The notes under the pieces: generated by a model
The model's input: only the letters and a program-made list of their open reading frames with translations
What the model was told of the DNA's origin: nothing
Database searches by the model: none
Made by a program: the position numbers and the translations under genes
Shown here: positions 46,434-58,244 of the stretch, in pieces
Position numbering within the stretch: position 1 is the first letter of the stretch
Layout: each line of letters opens with the position of its first letter
NCBI RefSeq assembly: GCF_001194135.2
Contig: NC_068991.1
Coordinates: forward strand, 67,412,967 to 67,476,966
DNA length: 64,000 nucleotides
Direction: 5' to 3'
Source of the DNA: Octopus bimaculoides
Taxonomy: Eukaryota

Positions 46434-49400
46434 TATTGGAATAGTCGACAGTTTTAATCAGGCCACCTTAGTGAATAATTTAATCCCCTTTGTTCAAAAA
46501 TATTATATCAGCAAATTCAGGTTCAAATCTCAGTAAAGGTAGTTTCGGGATAGATATTTCAAACATCTCAACAAAAAAAATCATATACCAGGTAACAGAA
46601 GACTTAATTACATGTAGTGTTACTAATGATAATGTTGGTTGGATGGGTCACTTATTGAAAATGAAGATTTTAATAAATTTAAGCATGAAGTTAAATTTTA
46701 TGGTTTAAGTTCAAATTACTGTCACCACTGAATAATCGGTTACAAAAAGGCAAAGTAAAGTTACTCTCTTGAATCATACCAACTCACAAGGGCTGGTTTC
46801 CCGGTTTCCTGGCACACATATTCCTCACCTGGATGGGACACTGGTCCATCACAGGATTACTCATTTTTGCCAGATTTGTGGACTGGAGCAATATGAAATG
46901 AAGTGTTTTTGCTTAAAAACACAGTGAATCGCTTGGTCCAGGAATTGAAACCACAGTCTTACAATCATGAGTCCAATACCCTAACCACTGAACCACACAC
47001 CTTCACAACTGGAGAAACAGTGCACAAATGTATTACTACCAATACAGATTTATGCTATGTGCAAATGGTTCCAGTTATCTTCATTATTCAAGAATACTTT
47101 TGTGATATGTATTCTAAAATTGAAGGAACAAGATTACAGTGGATAAGATCAAGTAATTAAAAGAAACAAACTCTTTTATGATTGTACAGACTCTGAAACG
47201 ATGAATATTGGCAAAAGAACAGATATCTCCAGCATCATTAAGAGGCTTAGACTATAAATGTATGAACATTAAGAAAACTGGATTAAAAAAAATTTTTTTC
47301 GTTACTTTCCAACAAATTATAGAGAACTGTGCCTTGAGAAAAGAACAGCAGATAAAGTAGCTCTAACTCTTTGAACCCTAACCCACAGGAATTGAATGCA
47401 CCACCCTAAGCTCTCAGCGAGCTTCACTGGAAATTTTAAATTTTAGAAATCGAAATCGAACTGAATCTGACGACTGGCAACCATGCCAACCTCTCCTTCA
47501 TTGGACACTAAACTCTGCTTGCGAAGACCCGTTGGGGTAAGTGAAATAGTAATTGAACCATACTCGATGAATGGCGCCTGCGCCAGTGGACCACTAACAG
47601 CACTGTCGGGCGTGTTCATTGCCAGAGCAGCTGTCTGGATTCTGTGCTAGTGGCCCGTAAATAGCACCATTTGAGCGTAATCGTTACCAGCGTTGCCTTC
47701 TAGCACTTGTGCTGGTGGCATGTTAGAAAATCATTCGAGCGAGGTTGTTGCCAGTGCTGCTGGACTGGCTCTCGTGCAGGTGGAACGTAAAAGCACCCAC
47801 TACACTCCCGGAGTGGTTGGCGTTAGGAAGGGCATCCAGCTGTAGAAACTCTGCCAGATCAGATTGGAGCCTGGTGCAGCCATCCGGTTCGCCAGTCCTC
47901 AGTCAAATCGTCCAACCCATGCTAGCATGGAAAGCGGATGTTAAACGACGATGATGCTGAAAGACATGTTTGTTTCACAACACAAGGTTACAAAATGGTG
48001 AGAAATGAAGACATATCGAGTAATGGTAGACCAGCATTTTGGGAATATATGGCTTTGGCATAGTGCCGGTGCACCAACATTTTGGGTTTTAAGGGTTAAG
48101 AAATAGGGTCATCCATATAAAGACACTTCAAAATTTATTGTGCATGTTAAAAAAGGATGATTGAATCTCTCTTGTATAGAAATAACATATACTATTCCTA
48201 CACAAGAGAGATTCAGTTATTCCCTTCTGAAGTGGACTGATCTGAATTAAAAACTCTTTCAATAATATAAAGGAAAGAGTTCATTCATTCTTTCACTTCT
48301 TCACACGTAATTATCCATTGAAGTTTTACTGTCAGCTCATGATGTTTTTTTTTTTACCAACAGCTATCAGTGCAGTTGTGGAGGTGCAATGGCCCAGTGG
48401 TTATGGCAGTGGACTCGCGGTCATAGGATCGCGGTTTCGATTCTCAGACCAGGCGTTGTGAGTGTTTATTGAGCGAAAACACCTAAAGCTCCACGAGGCT
48501 CCGGCAGGGGATGGTGGTGAACCCTGCTGTACTCTTTCACCACAACTTTCTCTCACTCTTACTTCCTGTTTCTGTTGTGCCTGTAATTCAAAGAGCCAGC
48601 CTTGTCACACTCTGTGTCATGTTGAATATCCCCGAGAACTACATTAAGGGTACACGTGTCTGTGGAGTGCTCAGCCACTTGCACGTTAATTTCACAAGCA
48701 GGCTGTTCCGTTGATCGGATCAACTGGAACCCTCGACGTCGTAAGCGACGGAGTGCCAACAACAACAACAACAACATCAGTACAGTAACTATAACATCAA
48801 CAGCTAACCACAGCTTGTTTTGGAGAAATTGCAGAGAATATATATGTACTCCTGGGTTCCAGTGACAAGGGCTGTTTCATTGTCATATGTCAATCATATT
48901 TTAAAAAAGGGTTATAAGTTAGAACTAGAAGAATACAATAGGATTGTATTGGCAGAACTAGTGAGTTTGTATATGCATAACTAGTGCAGTAACATGTCCA
49001 AGATTATTTCATACCATAACAAAATGTATGCTACATGATTTATTTGAGAAAGAAGACTTTAGTGCACCATGCATGGCTGATGGTAAAAGTCAAAATTTTT
49101 TGGCAACTACTGTCCAAAATGCTAACAACTATCCAAATTCAGATTTGAACCATAATAATGGTCGGGATAATAATTTCAATGTGAATTGGGATAACTGAGT
49201 ACCGTATATTCTGCATTTAAATGCTAATTACAATGACTGATGTTGTGTATGAATAGGTGAAACTGCGAGATAAGTAAAAATATATAAGTAAATATATTCA
49301 CCAAGGTCATAACATTGTAACAGTGACTATTAGAGGAGAAATTGATGCTCAAGGATAAGAAGCAATAAACAGATGAAATTGATAATTATATTAATGGCCA

Positions 49401-51174
49401 CTATAATTTCAGTCTCCAAAACAGTGAGAAAAATGCTGGAGTTTAAATTAAAATGTTGGCAGCATCTACCTGTGGAATCTACTGGAAGGATAATTATGTT
49501 TGTTTCAATGGCAACGAAGAAACTGGACAACTCAGCTCTAACCAATTTCCCAGAGAATTTACATAAGATGGAAGCAAGGAAATGTAAAATGATAGAAAGA
49601 TTAACACCCACATGATCAGACCATGTATCTTTGATTCTCCAAAAATGACAATGTATAGAAGGAAGTGGAGGTGATGTTACCTGGTTAGGGAGAACGTGAA
49701 TGACAGGTCGTTGAAATGGTAATGGTAAGAGAGTGATGGATGCTAAGAAAAGAGTGACCCCAAAGAGAGAAAGGGATAAAGGCCAGCACAAGCAATTCAT
49801 TGGATATTGCTAGGGTTGATACAATTCCTTGTTGCTCAGGCATTGTGAAGGGAAAGAAACACTGGTGGCAACTACGTTTGCTGGTAAGAGAGAGCATGAG
49901 TGATGGGTAGTCATAGAAATGGTCAGTTTTAGATGTGTAAAAGATAACATGGTGTCGTGAATAGGTGATGAAAAGAGGAGAGGATATTGAATGGGAGATG
50001 GAGATTTCATATGAACAAAATGGGTAAAAGGCCCAGTTAAAGATATACATGGTGGCACATAAAATATACCATTTTGAGCATGGCTGTTGCCAGTACTGCC
50101 AGACTGGCCTTCATGCTGGTGGCACGTAAAAGCACCCACTACACTCTCTGAGTGGTTGGCGTTAGGAAGGGCATCCAGCTGTAGAAACTGCCAAATCAAA
50201 TTGGAGCCTGGTGTAGCCATTCGATCTCACCAGTCCTCAGTCAAATCGTCCAACCCATGCTAGCATGGAAAGCGGACGTTAAACGATGATGATGATGATG
50301 ATGATGATATACTATAATCTCGATCATTATTCCTATTTTAACATTTGTTTCCCCAAGCTTTCATAGGTGGCTGAGTTTTTCTTGAGTCTTGCCAATCTTC
50401 ATAATCAATTAGCGCCTCCTTTGTGAGAATCAATATTTTGAGATCACTCTTCACCACTTTGTTCTAAGTTTTCCTTCCTCAGGTTCCATTTACATTGAGC
50501 AACTGGTACTTCTTGATGGAGCAGTCTTTCTCTGTATGAATTACATACCTGTACCAGCACAATTCTCTCTTGCATATTATGTATGACTCCTCTTGTATTT
50601 ATCTTCTCTCATTTTCTTTGCAGTCTATCATTTATGCACACATCCAGCAAAACACACTTAATTCATTTCTTTTTAGTTTTTACAAATCTTCTGCATTTAA
50701 GGACTGCCTCTCAATTCACTCATAAACATTGTTTCTGTCTTCTTTTAAACATAAGCTATATACAATATCATGCCTGACAATGTATTGACTGAGCTACCTG
50801 TGGACGTACCATTAATATGAGAAATCTTAGCTTCTAGTTTAGAGACTTGAAATTGCGGGGTCATCTTGTATAGCTACACACTTTACAGCGGACACGAGAT
50901 TCAATTGTTTAAATGGTCTTACAACTTTATTTCATCTTCTATATATAAAATCTCTTTCTACACACACACACACACATATATGGCGCAGGCTTCTTTCAGT
51001 TTCTGTCTACCAAATCCACCCACAAGGCTTTGTTTGGCCTGAGGCTATAGTAGGTGCCACACAGTGGGATTGAACCTGGAACCATGTGGTTAGGAAGCAA
51101 GCTTCTTACCACGCAGCCACGCTTACACACAGACAGACAGACAGACACACACACACACACAACAGAAAACAGTC

Positions 51175-51273
51175 TGTGGGACACTGATGAGGTAAAGTGC
51201 ATGATTACATAATGTTTCAACGACTGTTATGTAATTATTTCGGCATTTTCATGAAACGCGTGTATGTCCCATA
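51175..51273 (+). ncRNA. Type I hammerhead ribozyme motif with long helix II
   Basis: 9-bp helix I UGUGGGACA/UGUCCCAUA; CUGAUGA 51184-51190; helix II of 7 bp plus 13 bp (51201-51213/51226-51238); GAAA 51253-51256; helix III ACG-cg-UGU; GUA triplet with cut after 51264. Confidence 0.8.
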
Positions 51274-52804
51274 AAGCATTGAATATCACACCTCTTTTCT
51301 GCTTAATATTGTCATTTCTCTAACTTGTCTCGTACTCCGAACACTAACCCTATTCCGAGGCAATGTACCGCGTCACACTACACTGGATACTTAAGTGGAG
51401 TGCGGAACTCACTATTGAGGTCCATTTTTGGTAGTGTCGTACTTTTCAGTGCCCCTTAAATACACAGTACGCCGATCTCATCGGGGTTTAAAGGCCTGTG
51501 AAACCTCTGTGATACACATCCATCTTCGAAAACAAACAAAAGAAAAAATAAGGGCGAAGGTAAAGAATACGCACACCGGGGGGGTTAGGGTTACGTCGAA
51601 AACGGGTGGTGTGCGCATTATTTACCTCCGCCAAAATAAGGACACGCAAAGAAATAACACCAATTAGCACCAATATGCGTTAGCCCCCGACCCAACATTA
51701 GGGACCTTTTCAGCTTCTCATGAAAGTTAATTGCAGAGTAAGAATTATTAAGCTTCAATCGAATCTACTGCACTAATACTGCTATGGCTATCGCGAGTAC
51801 CACCAGAATAAGCTAATGTGTGTTTGCTAAAGTTGCCAGAAATAGTAGTCAAATCTCACACAAATCATGTCTGTTTTATAAAAGGAAGGACACGCTCTTC
51901 AATGTAGTCCTAAGTATATATGATGGAATGGGATGTTCGTAACAGGAATGTTTTCACGATAGCTTTGATTGATGAGAACTGACATGGCGCTCAGCAATTG
52001 TAACAGCAACAACAAATATGAACAAACTGGACAGTGGAGACCAAACATACTTGGTATCGCTCTGTGAAACCCTACACGATAAACCCCTGGTTTGGCATTG
52101 AAGGCTGTGAGGTCCTCAAATCAGTTATAGACTTGTCAATCTAAACAAACCAAATCACATATTAATACATATTAAACGTTGGCCCTCTCGAACTCCCTGC
52201 TCTCTTCATGCTTTTCCTGTAAGTGTCTAAGACCTTAACATCAATCTCAACGGTCCCAAGAAGGCTTGAAGAAGACCAGAAGGCCCAAGAAGTAAAAATA
52301 AATAAATAAATAAAATAATTAAACAAGGTTGATTACGTAAGTATATTAGCTCAGCTGTAAATATCTGTGTAATGTTATGATAGATATGTATATATAATGC
52401 ATAAACATATACATGGTTAAGGGTCTACAGTACATTTTTGTTCAAAAATAAATTCTTGAATTAAGAAGAGAAAAATAAAAATAAATAAAAACTATTGATA
52501 ATTAAAGATGTTCTAACCATGACAATCACGTAATTTTTTTTTTCAGATATAGTTGTTCTTTTTTAAGGTACAATCTGATTTTAGGGAGATTTAGCTGCTA
52601 TTTCAAACAGATTGTGAGGTAGCATAGAAGCTCACTCGATGGCTTTGTTATAGAATTGGTTAGTCTCAAAATATGCAACTACTAAAATCAGACGTATCAA
52701 AGAGGAAGTCTCTAACGTTGTTGCTAGATACATTTACCAGAAAAACAACCAAATTTCACAACCATCTTAAAAAAAACAAAGGACACATTCGATATACACA
52801 TATA

Positions 52805-52852
<48 letters not shown>

Positions 52853-52890
52853 NNNNNNNNNNAAAAAAAAACCTTTATTGGTAAACCATT

Positions 52891-53140
52891 TATAATTATA
52901 AACATATAGGGATGAGCAGGAGTTGCTTCACCAACATACTGAAAATTTAGAAATAGCAGTTAAAACTGCTAATCCTAACTACAGAGAATAAATTGTAGTT
53001 AGAATTAGTAGTTTTAACTGCTATTTCTAAATTTTCAGTATGTTGGTGAAGAAACTTCTGCTTATCCCTATATGTTTATAATTATATTTATTTATATAAG
53101 GGCATTCTTGTATAGTAATGCCCTTATATAAATAAATATA
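52891..53140. repeat. Two abutting palindromes (93-bp arms and 24-bp arms, each with a 10-nt loop)
   Basis: 52891-52983/52994-53086 with 5 mismatches; 53083-53106/53117-53140 perfect. Confidence 0.9.
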
Positions 53141-53250
53141 TTTTGGGGAATAAATGATGGATTTTTTCCCATATGAGGTTTTTTTTCATGCTAGCTACTT
53201 GATAAATTCTTATAAAAGAATTCATCCTATTATTAAATTTAAAATGTTTA

Positions 53251-53282
<32 letters not shown>

Positions 53283-53613
53283 GGCATAACTACAGAGTTG
53301 TACCAGTCGTTTTAAACCTCCTTTCAAGCACTTGTATCAACACAATTAGTTGTTTTATATGGTGGGGTCTAACGATCTATAAAAAAATAATACAATTTTC
53401 TTAACTTCGATGGAAAATACGAACCGATTTAGTAGTTAATTATAAATATCTCGTTGTTTGTGCATCATGCTGGGTTAGATCTGTATATAAATTTAGTTGT
53501 CTACTCTGAAAACTGACAAATAAATAAGTAGAAGTTTGTTGTACCAACGTCAAGTGATATTAAATACATAAACAGCAATATTCTATGGTTAATAGAACTG
53601 CCAAACTACTTAC

Positions 53614-53712
53614 CCCTGCAATATTTTGTCGCAGAAAAACGTATAAGCTATCCGATTAACCGCAATCGGTTTGAATGTTTGCGAGGTTTATCTCGCTACA
53701 CCCTTTTATATA
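53614..53712 (-). promoter_or_regulatory. Probable TATA promoter and short non-coding first exon, most likely of the ASB gene
   Basis: Minus strand TATAAAAG at 53710-53703; perfect donor GG|GTAAGT at 53613; CG-rich sequence between them; long GA-rich tract upstream on that strand. Linkage to the ASB acceptor at 33231 is inferred. Confidence 0.45.
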
Positions 53713-53714
53713 TT

Positions 53715-54420
53715 TTTGTTTGTCCCTCTTAACTCCATTCACCATCTCCACTCCACCTTCTCTCACTCACACTCTCTCTCTTTCTCTGTGTCTCTTTTCA
53801 TCCCTATATCTCTATTATATTTTTCCCCTACACACACTGCTTCTCTCTCTCTCTTTTCTTTCTTATCCCACCACTGCCCCCGTCCACCGAAACTCTCTCA
53901 CTAACTGAAACATTCAAACATTTCTCTCCCTTTTTCTACCAGTCTCTCTCTCTCTCCATCGTCCCTCCTAAGTGATACCTTCAATCAGTTCTCTTTCCCT
54001 TTCTCTCTCTCTCACTGTCTGTCTCTCTCTTTCTTTTCCACCACCCTCTACTGAAATTCTCTCTTTCACTAACTGATACATTCAATCATATTTCTCTCTC
54101 TTCTCCTCTCTCTTTCTTTCACTACCCTTCCCACCGAAGCTCTCTCTCTCTCACTAACTCTCCTTCTTTTTTCTCATTTGTCTAACTTTGTCTCTCACTC
54201 TCTCTCTCTCAGACTTTGTCTGTCTCTCTACGTCACTTCGTTATAAACACTCCCCTTCTCTGTTACCTTGTATTTCCTCTTCCTATTCCTCTTTATTACT
54301 CACATATACCATACACCAACTTATTCCTCGCACTCTTTCTCTCTCCCATATTTTTCTTTATTTCCCTCATTCTCTATTTCCTTCCACAATTTAAGCATCA
54401 ACACAAACGTATATATATAT
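53715..54420. repeat. About 700 bp pyrimidine-rich (CT) low-complexity tract
   Basis: Almost purine-free (CT)n-like sequence on the plus strand. Confidence 0.85.
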
Positions 54421-57400
54421 NNNNNNNNNNNNNNNNNNNNNNNNNNNNNNNNNNNNNNNNNNNNNNNNNNNNNNNNNNNNNNNNNNNNNNNNNNNNNNNA
54501 GATTGGTAAAAGTTTTTATTTTTCATTTCCTTTCGAAATTATCCCTAACTTTTGTGGTATGTAGTATTTTTGCTGCTATTTCTAGCGAGTAGATGTCCTA
54601 TTATAGGCGTCTCTGCATTTCTAATGAGTATATATATATATATATATAGTTACGATTAACACATTTTATGCAGGCAGCATCAACAAAGCTAACTGTAACA
54701 GAAATTTATTCTCTGAATCATTACACAATATGCTATAGAGTGGAAGTTAGAGCAATTAAATCTATGCAGATATGGGAGTAGTTCTCTGAGATAAACTGAC
54801 AAAACAAATTGAGCAAGAAACATGGCTAGACGTTTTGCGGGAAGGTATAATCGTTGATGTCTGCTGCAGTACCAGACTTCAACTTATTTTATCAGTCCAC
54901 AAGGATGAAAAAGAAACTCAAACCCGGTATGAAGAAATGTAACTAAATACCACATAACATTTTAACTAGACATTTCTTTCTTTTTTGTAATGATTGGCCT
55001 AATAGTTAGGGGGTTGCATTCGCGGTTTCGATTCCTAGACAGAATGTTGCGTTGTATTCTTGAGCAAAACACTTCGTTTCGCGTTGCTCCAACCTATTTA
55101 GCTGTTATTAGAAACCCACACGTCGGATTTGCGTACCTTTAAGTGGGGGACGTTGTGATCTCGGTCTCTTATAATCCATGGTTACCGGTAACCAACCTTA
55201 CGAGTCCCAGGACTCATTGTGCAATCTATAATCCTTGTAATAATGACGTCGAATATTTTTGGTTCGCAAAGTTAATAATTATGTAGAAATATATATACTA
55301 GTAGTTCGAACAACTTAACATCCAATGCGTGATTATCATTTATTATCACACATTTATTTTTATAGATTCCGGGAACGTGGAAAGCAAAATAAAGCTTAAA
55401 CGTTGAAATTTGAACCTAGAAGCCAAAAGGATGTGACTAAATGGACGCACACTCACACACACACACACACATACGCAAACACACGCACGTGCATACGCGC
55501 GCACGCACGCACGAACGCGCTCACACAACATGTTAGTATGTATGTATGTATGACTATATATAAATATATATATAGCAAAAGATCCTACATCTATCTATCT
55601 ATCTATCTATCTACCGTTCTATCCATCCATCCTATCACACACACTTACATACATACATACATACATACATACGCAGACTGACAGGCATATATACAGACAT
55701 ACACAGACAGGTATTACAGGTACTTTTAGTCAATAAAGACCACGTTCACGCGCATGGTGCATCGTACGATGCCATTATGTACACACATACATGTATACAT
55801 GTAAGTATATGTATGTGTACGAGACAGATTAGTTCACAGTTAAACTAAAAATACTAGAGGTTGTTGAATCTCGAATGTGTACTTAATCATTGGTGTGTGT
55901 CACGCTCGGCTCACGCGGGAAACATGTGTTCAGCTCATGCTATTTGTGTAATCCCAAAACTGGATGCTGTTTCTGTATTCTCCCACTGCCAGTGCAACAT
56001 TCTTCCTCGGTTCTTATAATCTGTTGCATAAACGAAGCAGCCGCTGCAGTAATTTTATCTGTCCACATGCCAGTCTTCCCAATTTCTCAATCTAAATTGT
56101 TCTCCGACTGACGCTTTATTCAACTTAGGATCCAGTGACGGAACTTTCACATGGGTTTTCTCTGGACCTGCTGGAAATAGTAACCAAATCCTCTCCAAAT
56201 CACACTCTACTTCGCGTCTTTAAAAAAAGAGAAAAGAAGTCTGAGATACACTATGCTTCGGAGAATAAACAAACACACATAAATAAATACATAAATAAAT
56301 GAATGAATGAATGAATAAATAAATAAATAAATAATGGAATGCTTGTGAATGAAATAACTGCTCAATCGAGGCGAACCTAGAGCTAAACAACAGTAACAAG
56401 ACGCACATTCATGCATGCATGTATGCATACATACATACATACATACAGATACATACTTGTGTACATTGATTTCTTATTTCTTTATTGCCCACAAGGGGCT
56501 AAACATAGAGAGGACAAACAAGGACAGACAAAAGGATTAAGTCGATTACATCGATCCCAATGCGTAACTGGTACTTAATTTATCGACCCCGAAAGAATGA
56601 AAGGCAAAATCGATCTCGGCGGAATTTGAACTCAGGACGTAGCAGCAGACGAGATACCACTAAGCATTTCGCCCAGCATGCTAACATTTCTGCCAGTTCG
56701 CCACCTTATCTATCTATCTATCTATCTATCTATCTGTCTGTCTGTCCATACATACATACATACATACATACATACAATTTATTTTGAGCCATCCAGCAGC
56801 CTGTTACTCAGTGTATGGCTGGCTTGAAAACTGGTTGATGACGACAGAAGACTCACCTCGATAGTGGAGTATATATTATTGGCTGAATAGTGGAATGATG
56901 AGAAAGAGGATACTTATAGCTAGCTGGTTAACGATTGCATGCACATACACTCATACTCACACACATTGAAACCTTTAACAATAAGCTGTACAATTTTGGG
57001 AGGATGATATCATTCCTCACAAATACTTACTTTTACTCCATCAAAATATGCTGAAATAGTTTAATCTAAAAATTGCATGACCGCAGCCACTTGGCTGAAA
57101 CACATAAATAAATAAATAAATAAATAAACTTTCAGAATAAATAAATAAATAAATAAACTTTCAGAATAAATAAATAAATAAATAAACTTTCAGAATATGC
57201 AGATTTCAATGCTTCTTATGTCTGATGATGATTGATATGTTTGGTCTTTTCATGCAGGTTATAAAAAATGTAATATTTGTTGGAAACTACACATCAGGGT
57301 GGTCAAAATATCAATTTACACATTTCAGTAAACTGCTCATTGCATTATACCATTCACTTGAATAACACTGATAGAAACAGTTAACACTATCAATTTTCAC

Positions 57401-57722
57401 ATATAAGAAAAGTTGAACATTATTTCGAAAAAGTGGAGACCACCACCACCATCATTTTAATATCCATTTTTCCATGTCTGCATTGGTTGGATAGAGTTTG
57501 TTGAAGCAGAATTTCAGTGGCCTGAAATACATACACACATACATATGTTTTTTTATAAATTTTTTTTTATTCTGTCTCTGTTTATTTCCTTATGTTCCTT
57601 TCTGCTGAAGAGCATAAGCTCAAAACATAAAAGACTTTCTCACTTTCCTGAGCATCAAACTAATACACCTGCTTGTTGTTTATACACCTGTCTTCATCTT
57701 TTGTTTTTCTGTAAATTTCAAC

Positions 57723-57756
<34 letters not shown>

Positions 57757-58210
57757 NNNNNNNNNNNNNNNNNNNNNNNNNNNNNNNNNNNNNNNNNNNN
57801 NNNNNNNNNNNNNNNNNNNNNNNNNNNNNNNNNNNNNNNNNNNNNNNNNNNNNNNNNNNNNNNNNNNNNNNNNNNNNNNNNNNNNNNNNNNNNNNNNNNN
57901 NNNNNNNNNNNNNNNNNNNNNNNNNNNNNNNNNNNNNNNNNNNNNNNNNNNNNNNNNNNNNNNNNNNNNNNNNNNNNNNNNNNNNNNNNNNNNNNNNNNN
58001 NNNNNNNNNNNNNNNNNNNNNNNNNNNNNNNNNNNNNNNNNNNNNNNNNNNNNNNNNNNNNNNNNNNNNNNNNNNNNNNNNNNNNNNNNNNNNNNNNNNN
58101 NNNNNNNNNNNNNNNNNNNNNNNNNNNNNNNNNNNNNNNNNNNNNNNNNNNNNNNNNNNNNNNNNNNNNNNNNNNNNNNNNNNNNNNNNNNNNNNNNNNN
58201 NNNNNNNNNN

Positions 58211-58244
<34 letters not shown>

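Noticed and set aside
49028-49198. 56-aa Asn-rich ORF
   Set aside because: Short, no recognisable homology, no splice context.
49330-50050. 156-aa and 121-aa minus-strand ORFs
   Set aside because: Probably a decayed LINE endonuclease region (an SDH motif is visible), too degenerate to call and not a host gene.
51615-51640. Minus-strand splice donor GAG|GTAAAT as an ASB first exon
   Set aside because: The motif ttatttacctccgcc equally matches a Helentron-type subterminal repeat; the 53614 site has better support.
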